From contig CALFWB010000042.1 in the NCBI GenBank assembly GCA_937928795.1, positions 15,483 through 79,482 on the forward strand: DNA of 64,000 nucleotides, in the 5' to 3' direction. This document shows positions 8,281 through 16,820 of this stretch, one piece after another. The stretch comes from an uncultured Anaerolineales bacterium. GTDB lineage: Bacteria; Chloroflexota; Anaerolineae; Anaerolineales; UBA4823. The notes under the pieces were generated by a model, which was not told the origin of the DNA, searched no databases, and saw only the letters and a program-made list of their open reading frames with translations. The position numbers were made by a program, and so were the translations under genes. Within the stretch, counting starts at the first letter, position 1; each line of letters starts with the position of its first letter.

Positions 8281-10002
8281 GTGACTATGGAAAAAACCAA
8301 GAGCTTTGCCTTTGTCAAGCCTCGCGATACGGTTGAGGTTTTACTTCCAGACGGACGCACCATTTGCGGTCCGCGGTATGCGCCGATCAAAGATTTTTTC
8401 GCCTTGCTCGAAGATGAAGGCATTCCCCCCATTGTCGGCGCAATCGTGAACGATGAACTGCGCGAATTAACCTATCCGATCAAAATCGACTCCACGGCTC
8501 GTCCGATCACGATGGGTGAAGCAGACGGAATGCGCATCTACCGCCGCTCGTTGACCATGTTGCTCGAAACCGCCTTTCACAAGCTCTTTCCAGATGCCTA
8601 CCTTACCATTGATCACTCGGTTTCATCAGGTGGTTATTTCTGTCAGGTCTTCAACCGTCCTCCATTATCCGATGCAGAATTACTGGAGTTAGAAGAGACC
8701 ATGCGCCGCATGGTCGAGGCAGATCTCCCCTTGAATCGCGCCGAGATCCCCTTGCATGAAGCCATCCAATATTTTGCCTCGATCCATGCAGACGATATGG
8801 TTCGCCTACTCAAGTGGCGGCGCAAACCTTACCTCACCCTTTATGAACTGGATGGCTTCCGTGACTACCATCACGGCTACATGGTGCCAACCACCGGCTA
8901 CCTGAAGTGGTTTGCCTTGAGCCCGACGGATGGTGGCTTTACCTTGCGCTTTCCCCGCCGCCATGCCCCAACTCAACTACTACCCCTGCCGAGCTATTCC
9001 AAGCTCCTTGAAGCTTTTCGACAATATGGAGATTGGTTAGAACACCTAGGCATCGGCAATGTAGGCGCGCTCAACGATGCCATTGAAGCCAATCGAGCTG
9101 CCGAGATCATCCTTGTCTCTGAGGCGCTACACGAGCAAATGGTTTCCAACATCGCCTCAATGATCCTAGAACGGCAAGACCAAGTTCGCGTCATTCTGGT
9201 CGCCGGCCCATCCTCCTCGGGGAAGACCACCTTTTCAAAACGCCTTGCCATCCAATTATTGGCGCGCGGGCTTTCCCCCTTCCCTTTAGAAATGGATAAC
9301 TACTTCGTCAACCGCGAAGATACTCCCCGCGACGAAAACGGAAACTACGATTTTGAATCCGTAGAGGCGCTTAGGTGGCACCAATTAGATGAAGATTTAT
9401 CGAAACTCATTGCGGGACGCGAAGTGCAACTACCTCGCTACGATTTCAAAAGTGGGAAAAGCTTACCCGGCGATGTTGTTCAGCTATCCCGCAACCACAT
9501 CATCATTCTTGAAGGCATTCATGGCCTCAACCCCAAACTCTTTCAATTCGTCCAAGAAAATCAAATCTTTCGCATCTATGTTTCCGCTCTCACTCAATTG
9601 AACCTAGATCGGCACAACCGAGTCTCGACGACAGACACCCGCTTGCTGCGGCGCATAGTCCGCGATGCGCGCGAGCGCGGTTACAACGCCCAACATACCA
9701 TCCGCATTTGGGAGTCGGTGCGGCGCGGCGAAAAAAGATCCATCTTCCCCTACCAGAACAACGCCGATGTCATGTTCAACTCAGCCTTGGTCTATGAGCT
9801 ATCAGCTCTAAAACCGCTTGCCGAGCCACTCCTCCGTCAGGTCCCTCACGGCACCCCAGAATATATCGAAGCAAAGCGACTGCTCGCTTTCCTAGAATGG
9901 TTTTTACCCTTAGACTGCAACCTCATCCCAGATAATTCGATCCTCCGCGAGTTCATTGGGGGCTCCATCTTGAGAGAGTTTAAGCTGTGGAAAAATGGCT
10001 AA
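8281..10002 (+). CDS. TGS / ThrRS-second-additional-domain-like N-terminus fused to a uridine kinase/phosphoribulokinase-family P-loop kinase
   Basis: 573 aa. Walker A GPSSSGKTTFSKRL at about aa 310, followed by a PRK-type kinase region. The N-terminal 250 aa resemble the ThrRS editing-side domains. GTG start is uncertain; an ATG lies at 8287. Confidence 0.75.
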   Translation: MTMEKTKSFAFVKPRDTVEVLLPDGRTICGPRYAPIKDFFALLEDEGIPPIVGAIVNDELRELTYPIKIDSTARPITMGEADGMRIYRRSLTMLLETAFHKLFPDAYLTIDHSVSSGGYFCQVFNRPPLSDAELLELEETMRRMVEADLPLNRAEIPLHEAIQYFASIHADDMVRLLKWRRKPYLTLYELDGFRDYHHGYMVPTTGYLKWFALSPTDGGFTLRFPRRHAPTQLLPLPSYSKLLEAFRQYGDWLEHLGIGNVGALNDAIEANRAAEIILVSEALHEQMVSNIASMILERQDQVRVILVAGPSSSGKTTFSKRLAIQLLARGLSPFPLEMDNYFVNREDTPRDENGNYDFESVEALRWHQLDEDLSKLIAGREVQLPRYDFKSGKSLPGDVVQLSRNHIIILEGIHGLNPKLFQFVQENQIFRIYVSALTQLNLDRHNRVSTTDTRLLRRIVRDARERGYNAQHTIRIWESVRRGEKRSIFPYQNNADVMFNSALVYELSALKPLAEPLLRQVPHGTPEYIEAKRLLAFLEWFLPLDCNLIPDNSILREFIGGSILREFKLWKNG

Positions 10003-10050
10003 ATGGCGATGATGCTCGAAAAAACTCAAAAGATAGATTCGCGCTGACCC

Positions 10051-11139
10051 ATGTTTGAATTTCACATCGAAGCCACTGCCGCAAACGCCAGAGTAGGCTC
10101 TTTTATCACCCCTCACGGCGAACTTAAGACCCCAGTTTTTGCACCGGTTGGCACCCAAGCCTCCGTCAAGTCCCTCACCCCAAGGCAATTGGAGGAAATC
10201 GGGGCAACATTAGTCCTTGCCAACACCTATCATCTGTTCCTGCGTCCCGGCGACGAGCGCGTTGCCAAGTTGGGTGGTTTACATCGTTTTATGAATTGGG
10301 AAAAGCCGATTTTGACCGATTCAGGCGGATTTCAAGTTTTCTCGCTTGCCCAAATCAACCAAATTGACGAAGATGGCGTTACTTTCAAGAGCCATATTGA
10401 CGGCTCCTGGCAGCGATTAACTCCAGAGAAATCCATTGCCATCCAAGAAAATTTGGGGGCCGACATCATCATGGCATTTGACCAATGTCCCCCTCCTTAT
10501 GAGCGGGAGGTCAACCAAAGAGCTGTGGAACGTACTCACGCCTGGGCAGTGCGCTGTTTAGAAGCCAAAAAACGCTCTGACCAAGCCCTTTTTGGGATCG
10601 TTCAAGGTGGCGTTTTTGAAGACTTGCGGACAAAATCAGCAGAGTTTATCGCCTCTCTGAAGTTGCCTGGCAACGCAATCGGTGGACTTTCGGTTGGCGA
10701 AACAAAAGAGGAAATGTTCCGCATCTTAGAGTTGACCAATGAGCTATTACCAAAAGACAAACCGCGCTATTTGATGGGGGTAGGCACACCGTATGACATC
10801 GTTCAAGGGGTTGCGCGTGGAATCGACATCTTCGATTGCGTTCTTCCAACCCGTTTGGCGCGTCATACCACAGCCCTGCGACGAAAAGATCGGCTAAACT
10901 TAGTTAATGCCATGTTTGCGGAAGACCCGCAACCGATCGATGAAACTTGTGAGTGTTATACTTGCCAAAACTTCTCCAGAGCCTACTTGCGCCACCTTAT
11001 TCTTGCGAAGGAAATGTTAGCCGCCACCCTTCTTTCCATTCATAATGTCTATACCCTGATCAAACTGACTCGAGAAATCCGCCAAGCTATCCTCAACCGC
11101 TCTTTCCATACCTTACTGGAGGAATTTTCAGCACCATGA
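10051..11139 (+). CDS. tgt: Queuine tRNA-ribosyltransferase
   Basis: 362 aa with TPVFAPVGTQASVK, LANTYHL and DSGGFQV. Zn site CxCxxC...H (CECYTCQNFSRAYLRH). Confidence 0.95.
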   Translation: MFEFHIEATAANARVGSFITPHGELKTPVFAPVGTQASVKSLTPRQLEEIGATLVLANTYHLFLRPGDERVAKLGGLHRFMNWEKPILTDSGGFQVFSLAQINQIDEDGVTFKSHIDGSWQRLTPEKSIAIQENLGADIIMAFDQCPPPYEREVNQRAVERTHAWAVRCLEAKKRSDQALFGIVQGGVFEDLRTKSAEFIASLKLPGNAIGGLSVGETKEEMFRILELTNELLPKDKPRYLMGVGTPYDIVQGVARGIDIFDCVLPTRLARHTTALRRKDRLNLVNAMFAEDPQPIDETCECYTCQNFSRAYLRHLILAKEMLAATLLSIHNVYTLIKLTREIRQAILNRSFHTLLEEFSAP

Positions 11140-11954
11140 CTTTATTCCAATCCGTCTTTCTCGGCATCCTGCAAGGGGTAACGGAATTTATCCCGATTTC
11201 TTCTTCCGCCCATCTTGCGCTCTTACCCTATTTTGTCAATTGGCAGGTTGAGCCCGAAATTGATTTTATCTTCAATATCTTAGTCCAATTTGCTACGCTA
11301 GGCGCCGTCCTTGTCTACTACTGGAAAGACCTCCTCCAGATGTTGCAATCGGTTTTTACCAATCTTATGGGGAAACGCAATTGGGAGCATCCAGATAGTC
11401 GTCTGGCTATGGCGATTGTCGTGGGAACCTTACCCGTCATTATATTCGGTTTACCTCTAAAGGGCTTCGTCGCAGAAGCTTTCCTACAACCGCTCTGGAT
11501 CGGTGGTGCGTTATTGGTTACCTCTTTGCTTCTTTTTCTATCCGAAAAACGATTAAGCGCAACCCACCCCTCCCATACCTTGACGCTCCTCGATGCCTTC
11601 TTGATCGGGCTTTGGCAAACAGTAGCCATTTTCCCCGGCATTTCCCGCTCCGGTGCCACCATTGCTGGCGGACTATTTCGCAATTTAGACCGCCAGCAAG
11701 CCACGCGATTCGCTTTCTTGCTCTCTATACCGTCTTTGGCCGGTGCCGGTATTATCTCGCTCATCGATTTCTTTCGCCTGCCCAATCCGGTCCGCTACCT
11801 TCCTATGATCCTTCCGGGATGTCTGGTCGCTTTTGCTGTCGGCTATCTTTCGATCTATTGGCTAATTCGTTTCGTCCAAAATCACTCCCTTTACGGATTC
11901 TCTGTTTATTGTTTGATTTTAGGTATAATAACCATCCTAAGTGTGGTTTTATGA
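11136..11954 (+). CDS. uppP: Undecaprenyl-diphosphate phosphatase (BacA/UppP)
   Basis: 272 aa polytopic protein with EFIPISSSAHL and PGISRSGATI motifs. ATGA overlap with tgt. Confidence 0.92.
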   Translation: MTLFQSVFLGILQGVTEFIPISSSAHLALLPYFVNWQVEPEIDFIFNILVQFATLGAVLVYYWKDLLQMLQSVFTNLMGKRNWEHPDSRLAMAIVVGTLPVIIFGLPLKGFVAEAFLQPLWIGGALLVTSLLLFLSEKRLSATHPSHTLTLLDAFLIGLWQTVAIFPGISRSGATIAGGLFRNLDRQQATRFAFLLSIPSLAGAGIISLIDFFRLPNPVRYLPMILPGCLVAFAVGYLSIYWLIRFVQNHSLYGFSVYCLILGIITILSVVL

Positions 11955-11979
11955 ATCGATCTTTGAACCCTAGCGGATT

Positions 11980-12894
11980 ATGAAAACTTTATTCGTCGTC
12001 AATCCCATCTCCGGCCGCGGTGCTGGCGAACGAGCGATCCCCCACATTCAAAATTTCATCGATCGTCATCGCATTTCAGGGACAATCATTGTCACCCAAT
12101 ATCCTGCCCACGCCATCGAAATTGCTTATCAAAAAGCAATCGACTATGACCTTATGGTAGCAACGGGTGGCGACGGAACCTCCAACGAGGTGATCAACGG
12201 TCTAATGCGCGCCAAAACGGAACGGGCAACCATCCCCGCCCTAGGCGTGCTGAGCGTTGGCAGAGGGAACGATTTTGCTTTCAGCCTCGGGGTGCCTAAA
12301 GGATTGGAAAAAGGGTTTGAGGTCTTGCTCAATCCTCAAACGCGCTGGATCGATATCGGTCTGATTCAAGGCGGTGATTATCCTAATGGGCGGTACTTTG
12401 GCAATGGCGTAGGCATCGGCTTTGACACCGTCGTGGGTTTTGTGGCTGCGCGCAGTCGTTTGACGGGTTTCTTATCTTACATTGTTGCGGCGCTCAAGAC
12501 TGCATTCATTTACTTTCAAGCCCCCCTCTTGGAACTGCACTTCGATCAGCAGTGCCAAACTGTCTCTGCTCTGATGGTCTCTGTGATGAATGGCAGACGC
12601 ATGGGCGGTGGTTTTATGATGGCTCCTCATTCGCTGAATGATGATGGCTTATTTGATGTGTGTATCGCCGCCGAGGTTCCGAAAGCTCAAATCTTCGCCT
12701 TAATTCCTCATTTCATCCGCGGCACCCAACTCACCCAGAAAAGTGTCTCACTTGAACGCACAAAAACGTTGCGCGTAACGGCGCTTAGAGGCTCTCTTCC
12801 CGTCCATGCAGATGGTGAGACGATCTGCACGGAGGGGAACTCGGTGACGATTCAAAATCTACCCCATGCTCTTCAGGTGATAACCCCAAAATGA
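11980..12894 (+). CDS. Diacylglycerol-kinase-family lipid kinase (YegS/BmrU type)
   Basis: 304 aa with NPISGRG and GGDGTSNEV motifs. Confidence 0.88.
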   Translation: MKTLFVVNPISGRGAGERAIPHIQNFIDRHRISGTIIVTQYPAHAIEIAYQKAIDYDLMVATGGDGTSNEVINGLMRAKTERATIPALGVLSVGRGNDFAFSLGVPKGLEKGFEVLLNPQTRWIDIGLIQGGDYPNGRYFGNGVGIGFDTVVGFVAARSRLTGFLSYIVAALKTAFIYFQAPLLELHFDQQCQTVSALMVSVMNGRRMGGGFMMAPHSLNDDGLFDVCIAAEVPKAQIFALIPHFIRGTQLTQKSVSLERTKTLRVTALRGSLPVHADGETICTEGNSVTIQNLPHALQVITPK

Positions 12895-13586
12895 TGCTTC
12901 AAGTCGTTGCTTCTCCTCTTACCCGTTTTCTGAACTTCGTCATAAAGCAAGGAAGCACCGTTGTTTTGGATATTGACACCAGTGAACTCAAGCGAGTTCC
13001 ACGAAAAGGGCCCTTGATCATTGCCACAAACCACATAAATTTTATCGAAGTCCCTGTTGTCTATACGCACCTCCAGCCGCGACCGATCACAGGCCTAGTC
13101 AAAGTGGAAACCTGGAACAATCCGCTCATGGGGCTGCTGTTCGATCTATGGGGCGGCATTCCGGTGCGGCGTGGCGAAGCAGATATCAGCGCTGCAAAAC
13201 GCTGCCTGCAGGCGTTGAAGGAGGGCAAAATTGTGGCTATTGCGCCTGAAGGGACGCGCAGTGGAGATGGTCGTCTGCGCAGAGGACATGCAGGCATTGC
13301 ATTTCTTGCGCTCAAGTCCCAAGCCCCAATTTTGCCGCTTGCCTTCTACGGTGCCGAGCAGTATTGGGACGACCTCCGCAGCCTGAATAAAATCCCTTTT
13401 CGCATTCGCGTTGGGCAACTCTTCACTGTTGAGGTTCCATCGCAACCGATTACCCAAAAAATCCGCGACCAAATTGCTGACGAGATCATGATCCAAATTG
13501 CCGCCCTCCTTCCTCCCTCCTACCGCGGCTATTATGCGCAGCGGGTCAGTGAACCGCCGCAGTATCTCAAACCCGTTGTCTCTTGA
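12891..13586 (+). CDS. Lysophospholipid (1-acyl-sn-glycerol-3-phosphate) acyltransferase family protein
   Basis: 231 aa with NHINFIE (an HX4D-type variant) and PEGTRS blocks. ATGA overlap with the lipid kinase. Confidence 0.8.
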   Translation: MMLQVVASPLTRFLNFVIKQGSTVVLDIDTSELKRVPRKGPLIIATNHINFIEVPVVYTHLQPRPITGLVKVETWNNPLMGLLFDLWGGIPVRRGEADISAAKRCLQALKEGKIVAIAPEGTRSGDGRLRRGHAGIAFLALKSQAPILPLAFYGAEQYWDDLRSLNKIPFRIRVGQLFTVEVPSQPITQKIRDQIADEIMIQIAALLPPSYRGYYAQRVSEPPQYLKPVVS

Positions 13587-14016
13587 GCAAAAGAGGGTTC
13601 ATGCATTCTAAAAATCTCCGTGGCAAAGTAGGTTTTGCCATAAGTTGCATCATCCCCTGGTTGCAAGATGCCAACGTTCACCAGTTTCTCCACTTTTTTT
13701 GCACGATGATAGGAGCCCACCAGAAGCAGGCGCTGAACCTGTGGCATCGTAAGAATTGGGCTGACAAAAAGCAAATCTGCCAGACGCAGAGACAAGGCTG
13801 AAGTACGAGCTTGACTCAGGCGGGTGCGCCAGGGCTGTTGCAGGTCCTATAGCTTCTTGGCGCGCGCTGCAGCATCACCGGACTGTTCAGTTACTCCGTG
13901 TAAGAAAAAGAGCAGCCAGTCGCGCCACGCGCCCCATTCGCTCACGCCTAGCAGCAAGTCATCCGCATCCAAAGCTTCGTGCATCTGCGGCACCGGCGGC
14001 GGGACAAAGGTGTCTT
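13532..14016 (-). pseudogene. Decayed Fic/DOC-family gene remnant with the catalytic core deleted and an in-frame stop
   Basis: Minus-strand translation gives ..FVPPPVPQMHEALDADDLLLGVSEWGAWRDWLLFFLHGVTEQSGDAAARAKKL*DLQQPWRTRL..LADLLFVSPILTMPQVQRLL.VSYHRAKKVEKLVNVGILQ. The Fic N- and C-terminal signatures are present but no HPFxxGNGR core. TAG at 13847-13849. The 3' tail runs 55 nt into the convergent acyltransferase gene. Confidence 0.5.
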
Positions 14017-14039
14017 CCTTGTGCCTTTTTTGCGGCTTT

Positions 14040-14431
14040 GGTGTGCTTGAACGGTCCCCTCACCCCCAACCCCTCTCCCAGAGGGAGAGGGGAGACCTTC
14101 ACTCCCAACCCCTCTCCCAGAGGGAGAGGGTAGTTTCTCCCTTCGTCCTTTGGGCGAAGGGCTTGGGCGTTGTCTTGAGCCTATCGAAGTGATTGTCGAA
14201 GGGTGAGGGCGGGTTTCGACAAGCTCAACCCAGCGGCTTTCGATACGCTCCACCACGCTCCGCTACTCAACCCGCAGGGTTGCGCAGGTCGAGTAGGGCG
14301 CCAGCCCGTACCGAGACCCAAGCGCGGCTCCCCTCACCTGCTGGGAAGGACTGGGGTGTTGCCCTGAGCTTGTCGAAAGGTGAGGGCACAAAGGTTTATC
14401 CTAAGCGAAGCTTGCTGTTCTGAAAAGAGCC
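14040..14431. repeat. Mosaic field of short GC-rich palindromic repeats (families B and C plus others)
   Basis: Two cccctcacccccaacccctctcccagagggagagggg units at 14056-14133. Also hairpins cccttcg..cgaaggg, gacaagctc/gagcttgtc modules, the palindrome ctactcaacccgcagggttgcgcaggtcgagtag, and family C (tcctaagcgaagcttgctgttctgaaaagagcc) at 14399-14431. Confidence 0.85.
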
Positions 14432-14808
14432 TCGCATTAATTTTTTCATCTTCGCTCCTCCTGAAGTTCCTTTTTCTCGATCGTCCTCATTTCCCTACGC
14501 TGCTCACCATTCGCCCGCTTCTTCTCCCCTTACTGGGCGGGTGGGGAGTCATCTGCCGCCCTACTAAAAAAACAACTCCAAAACCAGATGCTCGCAAAGG
14601 TAAACTCTCCATTATAATCAGGGCGGGGATGCCTGCCGCTGCACGCGAAGGATGCTTGACAACTCTCTCCCGACCTCTTCTGGGTGCACAGGGCGCTCTC
14701 CGTTCAAGTGCAGTGACGCATTGCCGGGCTTGACGGATGCGATTGTAACCTTCCTAAAATGGGCAGCGTCAGGGCAAACCCAGGGAAAACTCTGGCGGAG
14801 GTGTCAAT

Positions 14809-15441
14809 TTGAGTGCCAAGGATGAACTCGAACAGATCGCCCGACAGGTGGCACAATGTCAATTGTGTGAACTGCATTATTCGCGCAAGCGAGCGGTGCC
14901 GGGAGAAGGTCCCGTTGATGCCGAAATCATGTTCATTGGGGAGGGGCCTGGCTTCCATGAAAACGAGCAGGGGCGTCCCTTCGTTGGGGCAGCCGGGAAG
15001 TTTTTGGATGAATTACTGGCAAAGATCAACCTGCGTCGCGACCAAGTTTTTATAACCAACGTGGTCAAGTGCCGCCCGCCCTCTAACCGCGACCCCAAAC
15101 CCGAAGAGGTTGAGATTTGCACGAAAACCTACCTCGAACGTCAAATCCAAACCATCAATCCTAAAGTGATTATCACCTTGGGGCGGTATTCGATGGGGCT
15201 TTTCCTCTCCAATGCCAAAATCTCTGAAGTGCATGGGCAGTCGTTTTGGGTTAAGGGGCGGCTGATTGTGCCGATGTATCACCCCGCTGCCGGGTTACAT
15301 CAGCTCTCGCTTAAGCCAGAGATCGAAAGGGACTTTTTGCGTTTGCCCGAACTTCTCGAAAAATCGAGGCACGCCGTCCAAAACAACGCTCCGCCCTCCT
15401 TTGACTCAGATCAACCGGCCAAACAACTCTCGCTTTTTTAG
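14809..15441 (+). CDS. Uracil-DNA glycosylase, family 4
   Basis: 210 aa with CxxCELH..., GEGPGxxEdxxGrPFVGxAG and HPAA motifs. TTG start with a GGAGG-like RBS. Confidence 0.88.
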   Translation: MSAKDELEQIARQVAQCQLCELHYSRKRAVPGEGPVDAEIMFIGEGPGFHENEQGRPFVGAAGKFLDELLAKINLRRDQVFITNVVKCRPPSNRDPKPEEVEICTKTYLERQIQTINPKVIITLGRYSMGLFLSNAKISEVHGQSFWVKGRLIVPMYHPAAGLHQLSLKPEIERDFLRLPELLEKSRHAVQNNAPPSFDSDQPAKQLSLF

Positions 15442-15448
15442 GAGTTTT

Positions 15449-16768
15449 ATGAATCACCCCAAAGCGACTCTCTTAGCCAAACTTGAGGATAAAACGGCAA
15501 AAGTTGCCGTGCTGGGGCTGGGTTATGTCGGTCTGCCCTTAGCGGTGGTCTTTGCCGAAGCCGGCTTCCATGTCGTAGGGATTGACCCCGACCAGCACAA
15601 AGTGGAGACTGTACAGCAAGGCGAGAGCCACATCCGCGATGTGCCCTCTGCCACCCTCAAAGCCCTTGTTCAGAGCCAAAAACTGCAAGCTACCACCGAT
15701 TTCTCGGTTATCCAAGAGGTCGATGCCGTCAGCATTTGCGTACCGACTCCCCTGCGCAAGACCGGCGATCCTGACCTATCCTATATCTTGGAGGCAACCG
15801 ACCAATTGACGCGTTATGTTCACGCGGGCATGGTGGTTGTCCTAGAATCGACCACCTATCCCGGCACGACGCGCGAGATTCTGCTGCCGCGCTTAGAGCA
15901 ACAGAACGGTGTTCAGGTGGGTGAAAACTTCTTCCTCGCCTTCTCACCCGAGCGCGTTGACCCCGGCCGCACCGATTGGACGACCTACAACACCCCCAAA
16001 GTGGTCGGTGGCATCACCCCGGCTTGTACTGAAGTTGCCGCGCGCTGGTACCAGCAAGCCCTGCAGACGGTCGTGCAGGTCTCCTCTGCTGAGGTAGCCG
16101 AGATGGCAAAGCTGCTCGAAAACACCTTCCGCATGATCAATATCGGCATGGTCAACGAGATGGCGATCATGTGCGATCGCTTAGGCATCGATGTCTGGGA
16201 GGTGATCGAAGCCGCCGCCACTAAGCCGTTCGGCTTTATGAAGTTCACCCCTGGGCCCGGCTTAGGCGGTCACTGCATCCCCATCGACCCCCTCTATCTC
16301 TCGTGGAAGCTGCGCGCCCTGAAATACACCGCTCGCTTTATCGAACTTGCCTCCGAGATCAACACTAACATGCCCCGCTATGTGGTCGGCAAGGTGCAAG
16401 ATGCGCTAAACAGCCAGGGCAAACCGCTCAAGGACAGCCGCGTTCTCGTCCTGGGCGCCGCCTATAAGCCCGACATTGACGACCTGCGCGAATCGCCTGC
16501 ACTGGACGTGATCGGTTTGCTCCACCAAAAAGGCGCTCAGGTGAGCTATCACGACCCTTACATCCCCTCGTTGAACCACGATGGCATGGATTACCACAGC
16601 GTGCCCGACCTGATGGAAGCCGTGCGCCAAGCCGATTGCGTGGTCATTATTACCCATCACAGCAGCTATAACTATGTTGCCATCCTCGAACAGGCTGCCT
16701 TGATCGTCGACACGCGCAACGCCTTAGGCAAACTGGGCAAAGAGAATCCGAAAGTCGTTCGACTGTAG
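15449..16768 (+). CDS. Nucleotide-sugar 6-dehydrogenase (UDP-GlcNAc/ManNAc dehydrogenase-like)
   Basis: Rossmann motif VLGLGYVGLP and catalytic GGHCIPID. Start taken at the ATG at 15449 (AGGAG RBS), not the 15266 ORF start, which overlaps the UDG gene. Confidence 0.9.
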   Translation: MNHPKATLLAKLEDKTAKVAVLGLGYVGLPLAVVFAEAGFHVVGIDPDQHKVETVQQGESHIRDVPSATLKALVQSQKLQATTDFSVIQEVDAVSICVPTPLRKTGDPDLSYILEATDQLTRYVHAGMVVVLESTTYPGTTREILLPRLEQQNGVQVGENFFLAFSPERVDPGRTDWTTYNTPKVVGGITPACTEVAARWYQQALQTVVQVSSAEVAEMAKLLENTFRMINIGMVNEMAIMCDRLGIDVWEVIEAAATKPFGFMKFTPGPGLGGHCIPIDPLYLSWKLRALKYTARFIELASEINTNMPRYVVGKVQDALNSQGKPLKDSRVLVLGAAYKPDIDDLRESPALDVIGLLHQKGAQVSYHDPYIPSLNHDGMDYHSVPDLMEAVRQADCVVIITHHSSYNYVAILEQAALIVDTRNALGKLGKENPKVVRL

Positions 16769-16807
16769 TTGAATTCTCAGGTTGAGGTACGGTTTGGGTA
16801 AGTGATT

Positions 16808-16813
16808 TATAAT
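16808..16813 (+). promoter_or_regulatory. Possible -10 box (TATAAT) 7 nt upstream of the methyltransferase ATG, implying a leaderless mRNA
   Basis: tttataatacgagcaATG. No Shine-Dalgarno sequence lies between the box and the start codon. Confidence 0.3.
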
Positions 16814-16820
16814 ACGAGCA

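Noticed and set aside
13824-14423. ORFs 13824-14192 (+), 13948-14256 (-) and 14193-14423 (+) encoding PLSQRERG / GRGVGGEG-type peptides
   Set aside because: They are translations of the GC-rich palindromic repeat mosaic. They are open on both strands, have low complexity and lack an RBS.
14380-14808. 117-aa ORF, and the possibility of an RNA gene (SRP/6S-like) downstream of a TATAAT at about 14613
   Set aside because: The ORF has implausible composition. I found none of the conserved SRP (GGAAGGAAGCAGCC-type) or other ncRNA signatures. It may simply be a long leader or promoter region for the UDG gene, and remains unresolved without cmscan.
15266-15448. N-terminal extension of the sugar dehydrogenase ORF. 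The same issue applies to 19998-20123, 21071-21493, 32050-32181, 42982-43125, 49698-49814, 53115-53207 and 53381-53473.
   Set aside because: The extensions overlap upstream genes or regulatory RNA. The internal ATGs have proper RBSs, signal peptides or ATGA coupling, and the homologous domains begin there.
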